DNA from: the human T2T-CHM13v2.0 reference genome, Homo sapiens
Assembly (NCBI RefSeq): GCF_009914755.1
Contig: NC_060936.1
Length of the DNA stretch: 64,000 nt
Reading direction: 5' to 3' (one strand)
Position 1 is the first letter of the stretch; the number at the start of each line of letters is the position of its first letter. The position numbers and the translations under genes were made by a program. The notes under the pieces are model-generated. The model searched no databases, was not told the origin of the DNA, and saw only the letters and a program-made list of their open reading frames with translations. Shown in pieces: positions 62,069-64,000 of this stretch.

Positions 62069-64000
62069 GGAGCCAGTATTTTGTTAAACTCCCAGGTAAT
62101 CCCAATGTGCAGGTGGAGACCCCTGCTACATGGGATAGGGTCATTCCCTCTTTACACACATGAAAACGGAGGCCCAGAGAGTTGAGGCGACTTGCCCAAG
62201 GCTCCACAGCTAAGAAAGAGTGGAGCTGGGACTGGACCCAGACAAGGTGACCATGGGACCAGAACCACCTGAAACATCACAAGAGGGTTAAAGACAATGT
62301 GCCCAGCAGAGATGTGCCCACTGCCCAATCTCACTCTCACCTTCGACTTGACCCCAGCCAGGGAACGCCCAGCCCTCCTGGGCTGATCAGAGCAGAGCAA
62401 GGGGCTGGGAAGGAGTCCCGCTTCCAACCAGTGGCCCTTTAGCACCCCCAGCACCCACACAGTTGACCAGAATCCCCCATCTCTACCCTGAGCTGGGGTT
62501 GAGGCCTTGGGGTAGTTTTGCTCCTCCTCCCCCTCCCCCTTTAGAATGACAGCAGGCCTGGCTCGGGGACAGACTCACAGGCTGGTGGCAGCTGTGCCGT
62601 TTTACAAGCCCAGAGACAGTGGGGGGACTGTTCAGGCCCTGGCAGACTCCTGGGCCCCTGAGAACAGTGGAACCCTCTCCCTCAGCCTCAAGCCCAAATC
62701 TCCCCCAATCCTGCTTACCCCCCAGCAACCACCGTCTCCCTCTATGGCTCAGTGTTCACTGGTGCCCAGCCAGATGTGTGCCCATAAAATGCCCCTTCTA
62801 GGTAACCCCATCTCAGATGTAAGAGCAGATTGGAGTGGCTTTAAGCAGGAGAGGAGCCCTGCTGCCCCCTTCCCAAGGGATTCATTCATTCATTCTTCAA
62901 AGAAGCATTAGAGCCCAGTGGAGAATTCAGACGCTGGAATCAAATTGCTGGGCTGGAATCCTGGCTCTGGGACCTGGGCAGCCGACATCATCACCTCTCT
63001 GGGCCTCAGTTTCCACATCTGTGACATGAGAATAATAACAGTGCCCACCTCAGAGGGCTGCAAGTCTCAATGAGTTAATGATGCCAAGTACTGAGAGCAG
63101 GGCCTGGCACATAACAGGGGCTCATTAATTGGAAGCCATTATTATCATTGAGCCAAGGGACTGTGGAAGGGGGGTGGGGTGGAAGCTATCAGGGAAGGCT
63201 CCCAGGAGGAAGGGACATCTAGGCCAGAAGCTAAAGGATAAGGGGAAAGTTAGCAAGGCAGCAGGGGGTTGGGAGGGGTGGAAAGGTGTCATAGGCAGAA
63301 GGAACAGCAGCTGTAAAAGCTCAGAGGTGAGGAAGAGGTGAACTGCTCTGTTGCTCGGAACACCTCCTTCATTCATCCCCCACCAGTCTTGGGGGTCACA
63401 GGCTATGGCTGAGGTCATGGACTCCATGTCCTCTGGAGGGTCCCGCTGAGCATTAGTGGAAGACTGCAGACTGGAGCCGCTGATCAGGGAGCTCACCCCC
63501 GTCTGCACCCCCAGGGTCTCTAATGATTGCTTCTGTTTTACTAGATTTTTGTGTATTCAAGGGAAGCTTCATGCACTTCCCAGTCACGTCACAACAACTA
63601 ACACCCCGCAGGAGCTTGGGAACAAGAAGAAAGCACAGCCCGTGACACCCAGCGAAGTTGAATGATTTGGTCGATTTGGTCAGAGCCACGCAGCACACAC
63701 AGGTATTACTCTTCCACCCTCCTGCTGTTCTTGGCAGGCCTGGCTGGGCTGAGAAAGGGAGGGCCCTTCCCCACTGAGTGAGACAGAGGCTATTGTGTGT
63801 TATGAAACCCAAAACTCTGGGGCCCCCTCCGGCTGGAGGTGGGGTCGGTGGAGGGGAGGGGCTGCAGGGGATGGCCCACTGCCCCCCAGCCCCAGGGACC
63901 CAGCACATGCTCCCAGCCCCAGCCACATCTGGATTCCAGCTGGCAGCTCCTGAGGCCCAGGGTGCGGGGGAGAAGTCGCTGCAGGAACTTGCCATCAAAG

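Noticed and set aside
63453-64000. TMEM119 coding or 3'UTR sequence at the right edge
   Set aside because: The 181-aa minus-strand ORF does not resemble TMEM119. A possible AGTAAA signal on the minus strand (~63537) is too weak to call a 3' end; the gene probably lies beyond the window.

Overview
Human (hominid) genomic DNA from the SART3-ISCU locus (chr12q23.3-q24.1). Coding exons 1-14 of SART3 (U4/U6 recycling factor Tip110, HAT-repeat region) lie on the minus strand from 30521 down to 571, and the gene continues off the left edge. The complete ISCU gene (Fe-S cluster scaffold) lies on the plus strand at 31990-38284. It includes the cytosolic-isoform exon, the latent intron-4 pseudoexon of hereditary myopathy with lactic acidosis (normal allele here) and a miR-210 site. 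The two genes are head-to-head across a ~1.4 kb CpG-rich promoter region. The right 25 kb has no recognisable protein-coding exon. It holds Alu/MIR/L1/L2/LTR/Tigger1 remnants, three long (CAC/CAT)n tracts, a ~1.75 kb 26-bp hairpin minisatellite and an orphan CpG/NRF1 patch. Exon boundaries were read by hand from GT-AG sites and frame continuity; repeat boundaries and subfamilies are approximate. I found no CRISPR or new protein-coding system. The most unusual region is the 46.9-53.9 kb repeat cassette.
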